This document shows positions 40,582-51,741 of a stretch of 64,000 nt of DNA, in pieces. The notes under the pieces were generated by a model. That model did no database searches, was not told where the DNA came from, and saw only the letters and a list, made by a program, of their open reading frames with translations. The translations under genes were made by a program, and so were the position numbers. The DNA lies in contig OZ244651.1 of NCBI GenBank assembly GCA_965218695.1, positions 1,152,001-1,216,000 on the forward strand, given 5' to 3'. Source of the DNA: Nitrosopumilus sp. (GTDB lineage: Archaea; Thermoproteota; Nitrososphaeria; Nitrososphaerales; Nitrosopumilaceae). Every line of letters begins with the position of its first letter. The stretch's first letter is position 1.

Positions 40582-40727
40582 CGGTAATGCTGTCGCATCC
40601 TGAAATTTATTCCCTTGTGAGATTACCTGCGGTGTCGTCAGAGCCGTCCCGGATTCTATGGGGTGCGGCGTGCAAGGACGTCCTGTCTCATGTGTGATGC
40701 CAAAACGGGATTCTGGTGTTTGAGGTT

Positions 40728-41006
40728 TTATTCCCTGATGCTTTCAAGCTTTGATACTGCCTGCCACAACTGCGTCCTGACGTATGATGGCATGTTGGGA
40801 TCCTGCGTGACGTCATCCAGCAGGCTTATGGTGTTTGCGGCCCTTACAGACAGTGAGTACTCGTCACTCTTTAGCTCCGTGACCAGGTCAGCAACCGACT
40901 TTTTTATCGTCTTTGGAGTGGAGTTGTTTGAGGCGATCTGGTTTAGCGTCTCGATTGCGTCCTTCATTGATTCCTTGTTCTGTTCACTGCTTGCCATCGT
41001 TACCAA
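40728..41006 (-). CDS. UPF0147 family protein
   Basis: VRAANTISLLDDVTQDPNMPSYVRTQLWQAVSKLES. Confidence 0.9.
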   Translation of the reverse strand: MVTMASSEQNKESMKDAIETLNQIASNNSTPKTIKKSVADLVTELKSDEYSLSVRAANTISLLDDVTQDPNMPSYVRTQLWQAVSKLESIRE

Positions 41007-41032
41007 CTATCCTGATGCCCCTGCGTATATAG

Positions 41033-41344
41033 TTACATCTCCACAAATACGTCACCTGACTCCACCTTGACCGTGTATGACGTAAGATCCCTTATCTTGA
41101 CCGGAAACTTGCTCAGCTTTCCTGTTTTGCACTCAAACTGGGCCCCGTGCCAGCCGCATGTAACGGTACATCCGTCCAGCGCACCCTCTGAGAGGCTTGC
41201 CCCTGCATGTGTGCACGTATCGTCTGCGGCGCAGTACTCTCCGTCGATGTTTGCAACCATAATGTCTAGGCCGTTAACTGATGCCTTTACCATGCTTCCG
41301 GGAGGAATGTCTGCTGCCTTTCCAACCTTGATTCTGTCCATCAT
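41033..41344 (-). CDS. Rieske-type [2Fe-2S] ferredoxin
   Basis: CTHAGASL and CGWHGAQF motifs. Confidence 0.93.
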   Translation of the reverse strand: MMDRIKVGKAADIPPGSMVKASVNGLDIMVANIDGEYCAADDTCTHAGASLSEGALDGCTVTCGWHGAQFECKTGKLSKFPVKIRDLTSYTVKVESGDVFVEM

Positions 41345-42001
41345 GGTCTCTGCAGGCTCCCCGTATTTTTTTGTAGCTATGAACCCAGACGGAAAAACGG
41401 GCGAAACAATCTGCCTGCTACCGTGTATGGGTTCTATCGTTGCCTGGCATTCCTGTGGACCTTTCAAGTGTCCAAGCCACTTAGGCTGAATCCTGATTTC
41501 AACCCAAATCTTGGCAGCATTGGCACAGACAAAATGATGATGATGATGATGATGATGCAATAACAAAAAATGAGACATAATCCCAATTTTTTGATTGATT
41601 TTTGCCTACATCCTAAATACTCAAAAGTACTATTTCCTATTAGCTAATAATCACTACGTTACAGGAAATGGGAGTTTTGAGTAAAAAGGTAAGAGGTCGC
41701 CTTTGCGAAGCGATTTCGTGCCTGATCTGCCCCGATTAATTACCAACTGAGCTACGTTTTCGGCCGTAAATGCCCATTTAATTGGCATTATTCTGAGTTT
41801 TTCCGGGGGAGTCCGACTGAGCTACGTTTTGGCAGATCCGGTGATCGGGCTTGCGAAGTGGCCTTTTTTGGCGCTGTCCGGGGCGGTGCGTTGTGCCCGA
41901 ATCGGGTGGCGGGCCGGCACGGCGGCCTGACATGTCAGGCAACCGGTGCGACGGGAGTCGCGCAGGACATGCAGGGCAGCCATGGATGGATTTTGCAGGA
42001 T

Positions 42002-44972
42002 TTATGCAGCTGTTGCTGCTACTGCCGGTATTTTTTCGACCATGCCTCGCATGTAGTCGACCAAAAAGTCGTGCGGGTTGACGCCGCGCATCCTGCACGT
42101 CTCGCGGATGGTGGCCAGGACGGCGTGGTTGTATGCGCCGGCAAGGCTCTTGCTGCCGCCTGAGACCTTCCGGGATGCGACGCTGGGCCGCAGGGGACGC
42201 TCGGCATCGTTGTTATGGCACTTTGTGTTGAGGCGGATGAATGGGAACAGATGGGTGATCTCGCGCCGCAGCCGCTTGACAAACCGCTTGCAGTGGGGTT
42301 CGGTGTATACCAAAAGTGAAAAGTTGATGCGATTGTCACATATTTTACCGCATCTAGAGTTATACCAATTTCACGTCCCACAGTCAATGAAGATCAAGAC
42401 GATGTTGAAAAGATACACCGCTGAGACAGACTGCGATACCAAGGACCGCATGATGCTGATCATCAGAGTCAAACGTGATGGAATAACCATGAGGGATTCT
42501 GCAAAATCCCTGGGAAAGTCAGCCTCGTGGGGCTACAAGTGGCATGAGCGCTACCTGGAAGTCGGATTTGACAGGCTGGGAAACATGCCGCGCTCCGGCA
42601 GGCCGACCAAGGCGAGCAAGGCAGACATGAAGAAGATCAGAAAGGCCGCATGCAGTAAACCGGTCTGGACGGGCAGGGAGATGCAGCAATACATCCAACA
42701 GAAGACCGGAGTAAAGTACGAACTCGGATATGTGCGCCAGATACTGCGCGGGTGGGGCTATTCCCAAAAGGTTCCCGTAGGAAAACATGCAAGAAGGGCA
42801 CCTGACGAGGAGATCAGGAAATTCCAAAAAGAGATGCCAGAGATTATAAAAAAAGAACAGTGAAGGAACAGTCGTAGCGATACAGGACGAGTCCATAGTA
42901 ATCTCCGATGCGCGGCCGCGAAGACGCGGCTACACCAGGAAGGGAATACGGGCGTTTTTCACGTACACCGGCTCACACTCCAAGACGATAATCCATGGAC
43001 TAATCACCACGGACGGCAGGGGCATGTTCCGGCAGTACGATGCGTTTACCAAGGACACCTTTGAGGACTTTCTAAGGCAGGCGATGTACAGGTTCAAGAA
43101 GATCTGCCTGATCATGGACAAGGCCTCCCAGCACAGGGCATCAAACATACGCAAACTGCTTGATGGCACAGACGGCCTGGAGATAATCTTCCTGCCAACT
43201 GCGACCCCGGACCTGAGCGCCATAGAGACGTACTGGAGGGATCTCAAACGGGCAGTGCTTGACGTGCCGTACACCAGCCTGAGCATGCTCCGCGAGGCGA
43301 TCACCCGGTACACGAGGTACAAAAAACCGAATCTGGTAGTCGAGAATTTTCTGTACAGGGCCATCTAGAACGACATCAAACCGCACCGGATCCACGCCGC
43401 CTAGCGTGTGCCATGCACGGCGCACCAGAGCATGCAATGTCTAATGTTTGGAGCGTCTTTTCTCGTCATTTGGGAATTCAACGCACCTCGTAATTTCCAG
43501 AGACGGCTGTTGCATCAAAAATTTATGAGCGATTTTGATATGAATTTTTCATTGCTGGTATAGCTGCCAGACATCAGGCGCCTCACCCGGGCCAGGAGGT
43601 TGCGCACCTTGAGGTTTCGCGCGGCCTTGTCGTCATGCGGGTTGAGTCCCTTCTCTGCGTGCCAGGAATCGATGATTATCCCCTTTAGGGCCTTGGCAAA
43701 CTTTTTGAATTCTGGCCCCGGGTTTTTCATGGCCAGGGTGCGGATGATCTCGCGGAGATAGTGGTAGTGGCACTTTTGGTGGGTTCTGCCGATGCGGTTC
43801 CACGCGGAGTGTGAATCAGAGGTGACGTGGCCTGCGTACCCTCCAAGCAGGGTCTCCAGCACGTCTCCTCCCCGGCGCTTGTCCACGTAAAAGACAGTCG
43901 AGTTGTCACCGACTAGTATCCACAGCCAGTACAGCACACCGGCTACCCTCCAGCTGGTCTCGTCCCCGAAGACATGCTCTGAGAAGAATATCTCCTCGAG
44001 CATCTCCTCGTAGAGCGGGTGGAGGGATCCTGTCACGGCATCCACGTGGCCGATGACAGTCGACTTTGCAAGGCCCGTGTGGTAGATTATGTTGATCAGC
44101 TTGCGGATGGGTTCGTATGGAATGTTGTACATCCTCATCGTCGTCTCAAGGCACGTCAGGCTGGCGCCGAACCGTCCACCGGGGACGACCCCTGGGATCT
44201 CGGGGGCAAACTGCCTGCCGCATTCCCTGCAGTACCTGCGGACGACGGTATACTGGATGCCGGTCAGCTTCCCGTCGATAATCTCCTCGACTACCCGGAT
44301 GGTCACCTCGGTGGGCTCCTTCGAGAGGGCATGGCCGTGCGGGCAGGCGGGCATGTCGACTAGCTTTTTTTCGGATATCGGGGGAGGATCACGGCCGGTG
44401 CGCAGGCAGACGACCTTCCTGAACGGATTCGGCGCAGGCCCGGGCGATTCCCGGAGCCGCTTCTGGGAGCGGCGGCTTTTGATGCCCAGATTCTCGGCTG
44501 CCAGCGCCGAGTTGGCCGCGCGCGCCTCCCTCAACTGAGAGGCATGCTCTGATGCCTGCTGCTCCAGGCGGGCTATCCTGTCCATGACTGCCTGCGAGAC
44601 GTCGCATCCCTGCAGGAGGGCGGCATTCTCTGCCCGCAGCTTCTCTACCTCTACCTTCAAATTCTCCATATCTCCTCCCAGATTCTCTATCTCTGCATCT
44701 TTCAGCTCTATCTCGGAGTCCTTTTGTTCTATCTCGGAGTCCTTTTGCACATTCTCTTCTTCCAGCAGTTTGATCCTGGCATCCATCTCCGTCAGCATCG
44801 CGTGTTCCCCTGAGAAGGCCTCTGCCTCCTCCTTCAGCTGCTCGATGTCTTTTCTCAGCGCCATGCTCTCCTCGTCCTTGGATTTGAGCATGTCAAGGAC
44901 GGATTCGAAGAGGGACCTGGTGTCTGTTACGGAGTTCCAGTCAATCTTTTCCAAGTCGATTACAGGCACCAC
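42002..44972 (-). pseudogene. IS66 transposase with long N-terminal coiled coil, interrupted by IS630
   Basis: CPHGH, CRECG, GDETSW, SDSH, QKCHYH; continues after the insertion as YTEPHC...HNNDAERPLR. Confidence 0.88.
42308..43560 (+). mobile_element. IS630-family element C, copy 1 (two-ORF, frameshift type)
   Basis: TACCA...TGGTA ends with duplicated TA; orfA 42327-42863, catalytic orfB (QDES, MDKASQH, LPTATPDLSAIE) ends 43368. Confidence 0.92.
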
Positions 44973-45262
44973 GCCATAACACGGGAAGGCATGATCCATA
45001 AAGCTTTTGGGCACGCAGCGCCTGCCGGAAAATGCGGCGCAAAAGATCCAACCGGAAGAGCCTTGATCCGAAAACCGCCCTGTCTGAGGACCGTGTTGAT
45101 AACGTGCAATTAATCGGGTATTTATGGTCAAAAACGTAGCTCAGTTGGTAATTAATCGGGACAGATCAGGCACGGAATCGCTTCGCAAAGGCGACCTCTT
45201 ACTCAAAAAGGTATAGCACAAATGGACTAATTTGGAAACCAGATCCTGGCACCTGTCTTAAA

Positions 45263-45637
45263 TTATTTTATACGATTGTAGATCGCCTTGAACTCCTCGG
45301 AAATATCATATGCGGTGTTTAGTATTTTGGTAAGCTGATTCATCGATGTCAAGCCATTTCCAACTTGTCTTAAAATGGTCAGAGCCTTTTGCGGGGATGC
45401 TGGAGACGGTGGCCTCTGGCTGGTCCATGTCTTAAAAGAATTACTCACGTCCAAACAAAAATTCAAAACAAATTGCCTCCAGTTTGGCATTTTACTTAGT
45501 TTCTTTCCCCCCAAGAGTGCTTCAGACAGCTCACGGAACTCGTTTTTCCTATCCACATACAGCATCTCAAGCGCCCCCTCAATCTTTTCTTCACTGTATT
45601 CTGGAGTGTTTAACATGTACATTCCAACCAAATCCAT
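45263..45637 (-). CDS. Hypothetical protein
   Basis: MDLVGMY...FKAIYNRIK; TTTATATA box ~22-29 nt upstream. Confidence 0.7.
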   Translation of the reverse strand: MDLVGMYMLNTPEYSEEKIEGALEMLYVDRKNEFRELSEALLGGKKLSKMPNWRQFVLNFCLDVSNSFKTWTSQRPPSPASPQKALTILRQVGNGLTSMNQLTKILNTAYDISEEFKAIYNRIK

Positions 45638-45953
45638 AAAGTGACTTACACTTTGTGGTATATAAATAACATAATTGCTCGGGCAGATAGTCGCCATCAT
45701 TTGGGATTGGATTCGGTATAGAGAAGAGACGGAAATGATGAACAAACACGGTGCCTTGAAATACGCCGGCCAGGTCAGGCAGGAATGGAATTGTTTGGGC
45801 AAATGGCAAAAATCAGAATTATAGAAATTGCTAATGCAAGTTATCTGCCCTTTTTCTCTTACTATACCTAAGATCAAAAGTTCGTGTGGAGCAACAGGTT
45901 TTTTCGTTTACATAATTGATTAATTTCCGATGAAACCGCGTCGTTCGATACTA

Positions 45954-47041
45954 TAGTGTCGATCAAAAGTTTTTTACATTTAGGGACTTTCTACAGATAA
46001 ACTCCATTACGTCAATCCTTGGACGCGCGGTCCTGAAATACTCCGACATCGCGTTGCGCATCTGCACTATCGTGGCATAGTACTCGGACACCAGCACGTT
46101 ACGTTTTGCCTGGTGCCAGTACTCCTCCACGCCGCTAAGCTCGGGCGTTGCAGCTGGAAGCCACATGACCTTGATGTCGGGATTTTCCTTTAGAAATTTC
46201 ATCACGATCCTTGACTTGTGTTGTGGCGCATTATCCATGATTACGACCACCTTTCCAAAATGCCTGACCAGATCCTTGAGATACTGCAGGACCGTCTCCT
46301 TGTCAAATTTTTCATGCGTCCTGAAGAACTGCCTGCCGTCTGTTACAATGGAACCGTATGCCACCACCTTTCCGTGCCGTCCCTTGTATGTCGTGACAAT
46401 CGGCTCGCCTTCTGGCGACCAATACTTTACGCCCGATGCCGGATCGTCTACAAATATGGCCTCGTCAAAGACGACTGGGAGAAAACCCTTCTCTTGCAGG
46501 CGTGAAATCCGCCTTTTGGCGTTGCGCTGCCACTGCCTGATCTTTTTGATCCCTGGCCTGTTGACGTGGATGCGCTGGACCGTCTTGGCAGACAGGCCAA
46601 GCCTGTGCATTATCTTTGTGACGTTTGAAATGTGGTATGTCACCTTGAATTCTTTGCGTATGTTTTCTTTGAGCTGCTTTGGAGTTGTGATGCTGCCAGT
46701 CCTTGCTGCAAGCCCCGCAATCTTCTCAAGCCCGACCTTGGGCGGCCTGCCCGGGCGGGGCCTGTCTTCCAGGCCTGCAAGACCCTCGCTTTCAAAGTGC
46801 CGGACCCAGCTTGTGACAGTGTGCGGGTCGCAAAAGCACAGTGATGCCACCTCGGATACGCCCAGCCCCCTGATCTTGACCATGCAGACGGCGTGGATCC
46901 TACCCTTTATGGTTCCCCTCTTCTCTTTCTTGTAGGCCTGGATTAACAGCTTTTTGCTTTTTTCATCCATGTGGGCGGTAGTGCGGAGTGATCAAAAAAT
47001 GTTACGCTCAGACTGACGTAGAAGACTTTTGATTGACACTA
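45954..47041 (-). mobile_element. IS630-family element D
   Basis: TAGTGTCGATCAAAAGT / ACTTTTGATTGACACTA IRs with duplicated TA. Confidence 0.93.
45963..46970 (-). CDS. IS630-family transposase
   Basis: RPGRPPK, FDEAIF, MDNAPQH, LPAATPELSGVE. Confidence 0.93.
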   Translation of the reverse strand: MDEKSKKLLIQAYKKEKRGTIKGRIHAVCMVKIRGLGVSEVASLCFCDPHTVTSWVRHFESEGLAGLEDRPRPGRPPKVGLEKIAGLAARTGSITTPKQLKENIRKEFKVTYHISNVTKIMHRLGLSAKTVQRIHVNRPGIKKIRQWQRNAKRRISRLQEKGFLPVVFDEAIFVDDPASGVKYWSPEGEPIVTTYKGRHGKVVAYGSIVTDGRQFFRTHEKFDKETVLQYLKDLVRHFGKVVVIMDNAPQHKSRIVMKFLKENPDIKVMWLPAATPELSGVEEYWHQAKRNVLVSEYYATIVQMRNAMSEYFRTARPRIDVMEFICRKSLNVKNF

Positions 47042-47324
47042 TACGTAGAGACGGCCTGGCACATGTCCGAAGACGTTTTGTAATGTTGAAACCGGCAGTC
47101 TGCGCTTTCCCTAACGCGAGCATTCTTCCATGGCGTTCAGGTACGATAACCCTTTGGCAAATAGGTTGTATACCAGCAATGAAAAATTCATATCAAAATC
47201 GCTCATAAATTTTTGATGCGACATCCATCTCTGGAAATTACGAGGTGCGTTGAATTCCCAAATGACGAGAAAAGACGCCCCGAACATTAGACATTGGTAA
47301 GTGTTCACGTGGTTTAACTCATTT

Positions 47325-48731
47325 TTAGGCGTATTTTGCAATCTCCGCCAAGTAATCCAATTTCTTGTTTTTCCATGTCATTACACATGAAAAGAAATTC
47401 GCCATCCACGTCATCGTCTCCTCTGCCCTTATGCTGCCCCGTATTTTTCTGTGCACGACTATCTCGCGCAACCCGCGTTCTGCAGCATTGTTTGTAGGCG
47501 GGATCTTTGGGTTCAGCACGAACCGGAACAGGTCGCTGCCAGCATTGCTGATCTTGACCATGAATTTTTCCAATATTGGATCGTCGGCGTACCTTGCAAC
47601 GATCTTTTCGATGCATGACGTCAGCATGGCAGACGCGTTGTCCCGGAGAGAGCGCAAGCGTTTCCTGCTTGCCCTTCTGGCATAATCATAGATTATGCGC
47701 AGGTGCTTCAGGACGTTGCGCGCGCCTGGGCAGTCCGGATTGCGGTTGCAGATGTCCCTGGCCTCGCGTATTATGTGCGACCAGCAGCGCTGGACGCGGT
47801 ATTTTCCGTACGCCGTCCAGCCGTCGCACACTAACGTGCCGTCCCAACCCCCAAGCGCTTCTTTCAGAACCTTTGCCCCCCGGCTGTCCCGTATCACGTA
47901 CAGCGCGTGCCCGGTCAGCGGATCGTGCAGTATCCACACCCAGACGTTGCGGCCGTTTAGGTGAATCGATGTCTCGTCGGCGTGCAGTATCTTGGCCTTG
48001 CGTATCATGGCGGCAATGGCTGCCGCAGGGGCGCCCAGCGACGTTCCCAGCCTGCGCATTATGTTGTGCGCCGTGCCCGAGGAGAGTGTAATTCCGTACC
48101 GCGACATGCGGTCTGCGATCATCCTAAACGGCATGCGACACACGTAATCGTCTGCAACATCAGTCGTTATGCTCGGATCGTAGCTGCCCTTGTCTGGAAG
48201 GCCGGTCTCGGGCTTGATGTCCACCAGACCGCAGGAGCAGCGACACGTGTTTATGGTGTGGCGCGTGGTGATGACCTTTATCGTGCGCTCCACCTTGGTA
48301 ATGTCGCGTTTTTCTGACTGCACTATGGAAAGGCTACCCGAGCCGCATTCGGGGCAGGCCTCCGGGGTGTGTTCCTCAAACTCGGTGGGTTTTGGCTTGC
48401 GGGTGCGGCCCATGTGGCCTTTTTGCCCCCCGCGCGACTTCCCGCTGCCGGCCGCATCCACGCGGTCCTTTTGATCCCGGGAGGCTTTTGTGGATTTATT
48501 GTAGGCATTCTTTTCGTCGCCTTTTCCCTTTGTGTCAGGCCATCCGGGCCCCCTTTTTTGTGATGACGGGGTGTTGTAATTGTCATGCCGCACCAGCCTG
48601 CGCTTAAGATCAGCAACTGCCAGATTCAATTCCTCAATTATCTGCCCTTGCATCTCAATCGTCTGCTTGAGCTTGATGTTCTCAGTCTTGAGATCCGTGT
48701 ACATCTTTTTGAGTTCAGCCTGGCTTTTCAC
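47325..48731 (-). CDS. IS66-family transposase
   Basis: Two amino-acid differences from 25003-26409. Confidence 0.93.
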   Translation of the reverse strand: MKSQAELKKMYTDLKTENIKLKQTIEMQGQIIEELNLAVADLKRRLVRHDNYNTPSSQKRGPGWPDTKGKGDEKNAYNKSTKASRDQKDRVDAAGSGKSRGGQKGHMGRTRKPKPTEFEEHTPEACPECGSGSLSIVQSEKRDITKVERTIKVITTRHTINTCRCSCGLVDIKPETGLPDKGSYDPSITTDVADDYVCRMPFRMIADRMSRYGITLSSGTAHNIMRRLGTSLGAPAAAIAAMIRKAKILHADETSIHLNGRNVWVWILHDPLTGHALYVIRDSRGAKVLKEALGGWDGTLVCDGWTAYGKYRVQRCWSHIIREARDICNRNPDCPGARNVLKHLRIIYDYARRASRKRLRSLRDNASAMLTSCIEKIVARYADDPILEKFMVKISNAGSDLFRFVLNPKIPPTNNAAERGLREIVVHRKIRGSIRAEETMTWMANFFSCVMTWKNKKLDYLAEIAKYA

Positions 48732-49482
48732 ATCGGGTTTGGATTACCATCCTATTTGGATCTGTGGTTTGCACAAAATTTACCCAAGAGTGAACTGAAT
48801 TAGGCACGACGTGAACACTTACGATTTATTGTAGGCATTCTTTTCGTCGCCTTTTCCCTTTGTGTCAGGCCATCCGGGCCCCCTTTTTTGTGATGACGGG
48901 GTGTTGTAATTGTCATGCCGCACCAGCCTGCGCTTAAGATCAGCAACTGCCAGATTCAATTCCTCAATTATCTGCCCTTGCATCTCAATCGTCTGCTTGA
49001 GCTTGATGTTCTCAGTCTTGAGATCCGTGTACATCTTTTTGAGTTCAGCCTGGCTTTTCACATCGGGTTTGGATTACCATCCTATTTGGATCTGTGGTTT
49101 GCACAAAATTTACCCAAGAGTGAACTGAATTAGGCACGACGTGAACACTTACGATTTATTGTAGGCATTCTTTTCGTCGCCTTTTCCCTTTGTGTCAGGC
49201 CATCCGGGCCCCCTTTTTTGTGATGACGGGGTGTTGTAATTGTCATGCCGCACCAGCCTGCGCTTAAGATCAGCAACTGCCAGATTCAATTCCTCAATTA
49301 TCTGCCCTTGCATCTCAATCGTCTGCTTGAGCTTGATGTTCTCAGTCTTGAGATCCGTGTACATCTTTTTGAGTTCAGCCTGGCTTTTCACATCGGGTTT
49401 GGATTACCATCCTATTTGGATCTGTGGTTTGCACAAAATTTACCCAAGAGTGAACTGAATTAGGCACGACGTGAACACTTAC
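48493..49482 (-). repeat. 330-bp direct tandem repeat x3 (IS66 left end + first 80 codons)
   Basis: Units 48493-48822, 48823-49152 and 49153-49482 appear identical. Confidence 0.95.
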
Positions 49483-51741
49483 AGACATTGCATGCTCTGA
49501 TGCGCCGTGCATGGCACACGCTAGGCGGCGTGGATCCGGTGTGGTTTGATGTCGTTCTAGATGGCCCTGTACAGAAAATTCTCGACTACCAGATTTGGTT
49601 TTTTGTACCTCGCGTACCTGGTGATCGCCTCGCGGAGCATGCTCAGGCTGGTGTACTGCACGTCAAGCACTGCCCGTTTGAGATCCCTCCAGTACGTCTC
49701 TATGGCGCTCAGGTCCGGGGTCGCAGTTGGCAGGAAGATTATCTCCAGGCCGTCTGTGCCATCAAGCAGTTTGCGTATGTTTGATGCCCTGTGCTGGGAG
49801 GCCTTGTCCATGATCAGGCAGATCTTCTTGAACCTGTACATCGCCTGCCTTAGAAAGTCCTCAAAGGTGTCCTTGGTAAACGCATCGTACTGCCGGAACA
49901 TGCCCCTGCCGTCCGTGGTGATTAGTCCATGGATTATCGTCTTGGAGTGTGAGCCGGTGTACGTGAAAAACGCCCGTATTCCCTTCCTGGTGTAGCCGCG
50001 TCTTCGCGGCCGCGCATCGGAGATTACTATGGACTCGTCCTGTATCGCTACGACTGTTCCTTCACTGTTCTTTTTTTTATAAGCTCTGGCATCTCTTTTT
50101 GGAATTTCCTGATCTCCTCGTCAGGCGCCCTTCTTGCATGTTTTCCTACGGGAACCTTTTGGGAATAGCCCCACCCGCGCAGTATCTGGCGCACATATCC
50201 GAGTTCGTACTTTACTCCGGTCTTCTGTTGGATGTATTGCTGCATCTCCATGCCAGTCCAGACAGGTTTCCTGCATGCGGCCTTTCTGATCTTCTTCATG
50301 TCTGCCTTGCTCGCCTTGGTCGGCCTGCCGGAGCGCGGCATGTTTCCCAGCCTGTCAAATCCGACTTCCAGGTAGCGCTCGTGCCACTTGTAGCCCCACG
50401 AGGCTGACTTTCCCAGGGATTTTGCAGAATCCCTCATGGTTATTCCATCACGTTTGACTCTGATGATCAGCATCATGCGGTCCTTGGTATCGCAGTCTGT
50501 CTCAGCGGCGTATCTTTTCAACATCGTCTTGATCTTCATTGACTGTGGGACGTGAAATTGGTATAACTTTAGATGTGGTAAAATATGTGACAATCGCATC
50601 AACTTTTCACTTTTGGTATATGTTATCCGTAGTCGTGGCCATAGCAATCCGGACACTTTTAGCAAAAACCCCATCATTTACCACAATTAAATCCCACATT
50701 ATGCAGGTTTCATGCAATGCCAGAAAAATACGCCAGAATACACGTGGGCGACCGTGCAAGTCGCGTCATCGGTGCTGCGCCTGTAAATGTCTGACTATGC
50801 CCTAGGATGCTTGCGCATCCAGGCTGTCAATGAACAGGTTCCAAGAGACAAGCGGATCATCCTTTTTGGGCAGCAGGTAGTCCATCAGCTTGACCGGCCT
50901 TGCCTCGGCTCGTTTGACCATTGTCGTGATCGTCTCCTTTAGATCATCCACGGAATCAAGCATCATGCCGGCAACCCGTTTTTTGATCTCCCTGATCTGG
51001 ATTTCAGTCGGGTTCAGCTGGGGCGTGTAGGGTGGCAGAAATATCAGTTCCAAGCCCAAACGCGGATCCTTGTTGACTGATTCGACATGATTCATGACTG
51101 TCTTTGATTTGTGGTACGAGGCGTTATCCAGGATCATGACAATTTTTGGGTATTCCCCCTGGAGTTCCTTCAGGGTCTCCACAAACGTATCGGAGTTTGT
51201 GGCATCGGCAGTCCACACGTGCAGCCCTCCCTCCCTTACGGCACAGAACATCTTGGCTCCCTTTTTTGAGAAATTGGTTGGAAGCGTGTCCCCTCCGTTG
51301 GTGGTCCGCCATGCGTAGCCGTTGTTCGAATACATCTGGACGGTTCCCTCGTCCCACGTAAATGCGACGTATCCCTTCTTCTCCGTGCGTAAATCCTCCA
51401 GCCTGGCACTTGTCTCCCCCTTGAACCTCTCCTGCTCATCTTTTGAAGCCGAATTATGCGGAACGGGATTGAGTTTTCTGTATGACTTGTGTATCTTGCG
51501 CAGCGCCCTTCGAATCGTGCGCATGCTGCAGACGGTTCCCGCCTTGACCTTGATCAGCTCCAGTATGGTATTCCACTGCCAGTCGCCGGCCCCCAGTCCG
51601 TGTTTGTCAGGTTTCTCTGCCAGCCATTTGCTTAGGTTCTTGAGGCATGCGTTGTCCAGTATCCTCTTTTTGCCCCTGCGCCTCTTGTCGAACCTGCCTT
51701 TTGGTCCGCGCTTGTGCATCCTGAGCAGCCAGTCATATACG

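Larger units (their letters stand above)
41689..45202 (-). mobile_element. IS66-family element type C with very long terminal inverted repeats (contains an IS630)
   Basis: GTAAGAGGTCGC...GCGACCTCTTAC; first 72 bp of the two ends differ at 2 positions; flanks GTAAAAAG / TCAAAAAG (imperfect 8-bp TSD). Confidence 0.9.
45865..47170 (-). pseudogene. Decayed 3' remnant of an older IS630 (split by element D)
   Basis: Frameshifted YLPKG / YLNAMEEC and YRTTRF, plus terminal AACTTTTGATC, all resembling the end of IS630 A. Confidence 0.6.
47297..49482 (-). mobile_element. IS66-family element type B, copy 2, with two extra left ends
   Basis: Unit element 47297-48822; 8-bp TSD AGACATTG at 47289-47296 and 49483-49490. 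Confidence 0.93.
47171..50618 (-). mobile_element. IS630-family element C, copy 2 (contains IS66 B and its end-triplication)
   Basis: Near-identical to 42308-43560; TA duplicated at 47169-47170 and 50619-50620; ORFs 50048-50599 and 49557-~50070. Confidence 0.92.

Noticed and set aside
41534-41556. (ATG)n tract giving a poly-His N-terminal extension on the ferredoxin ORF
   Set aside because: The ferredoxin has a normal start at 41344; this tract and a similar one at ~34209-34245 look like intergenic microsatellites.
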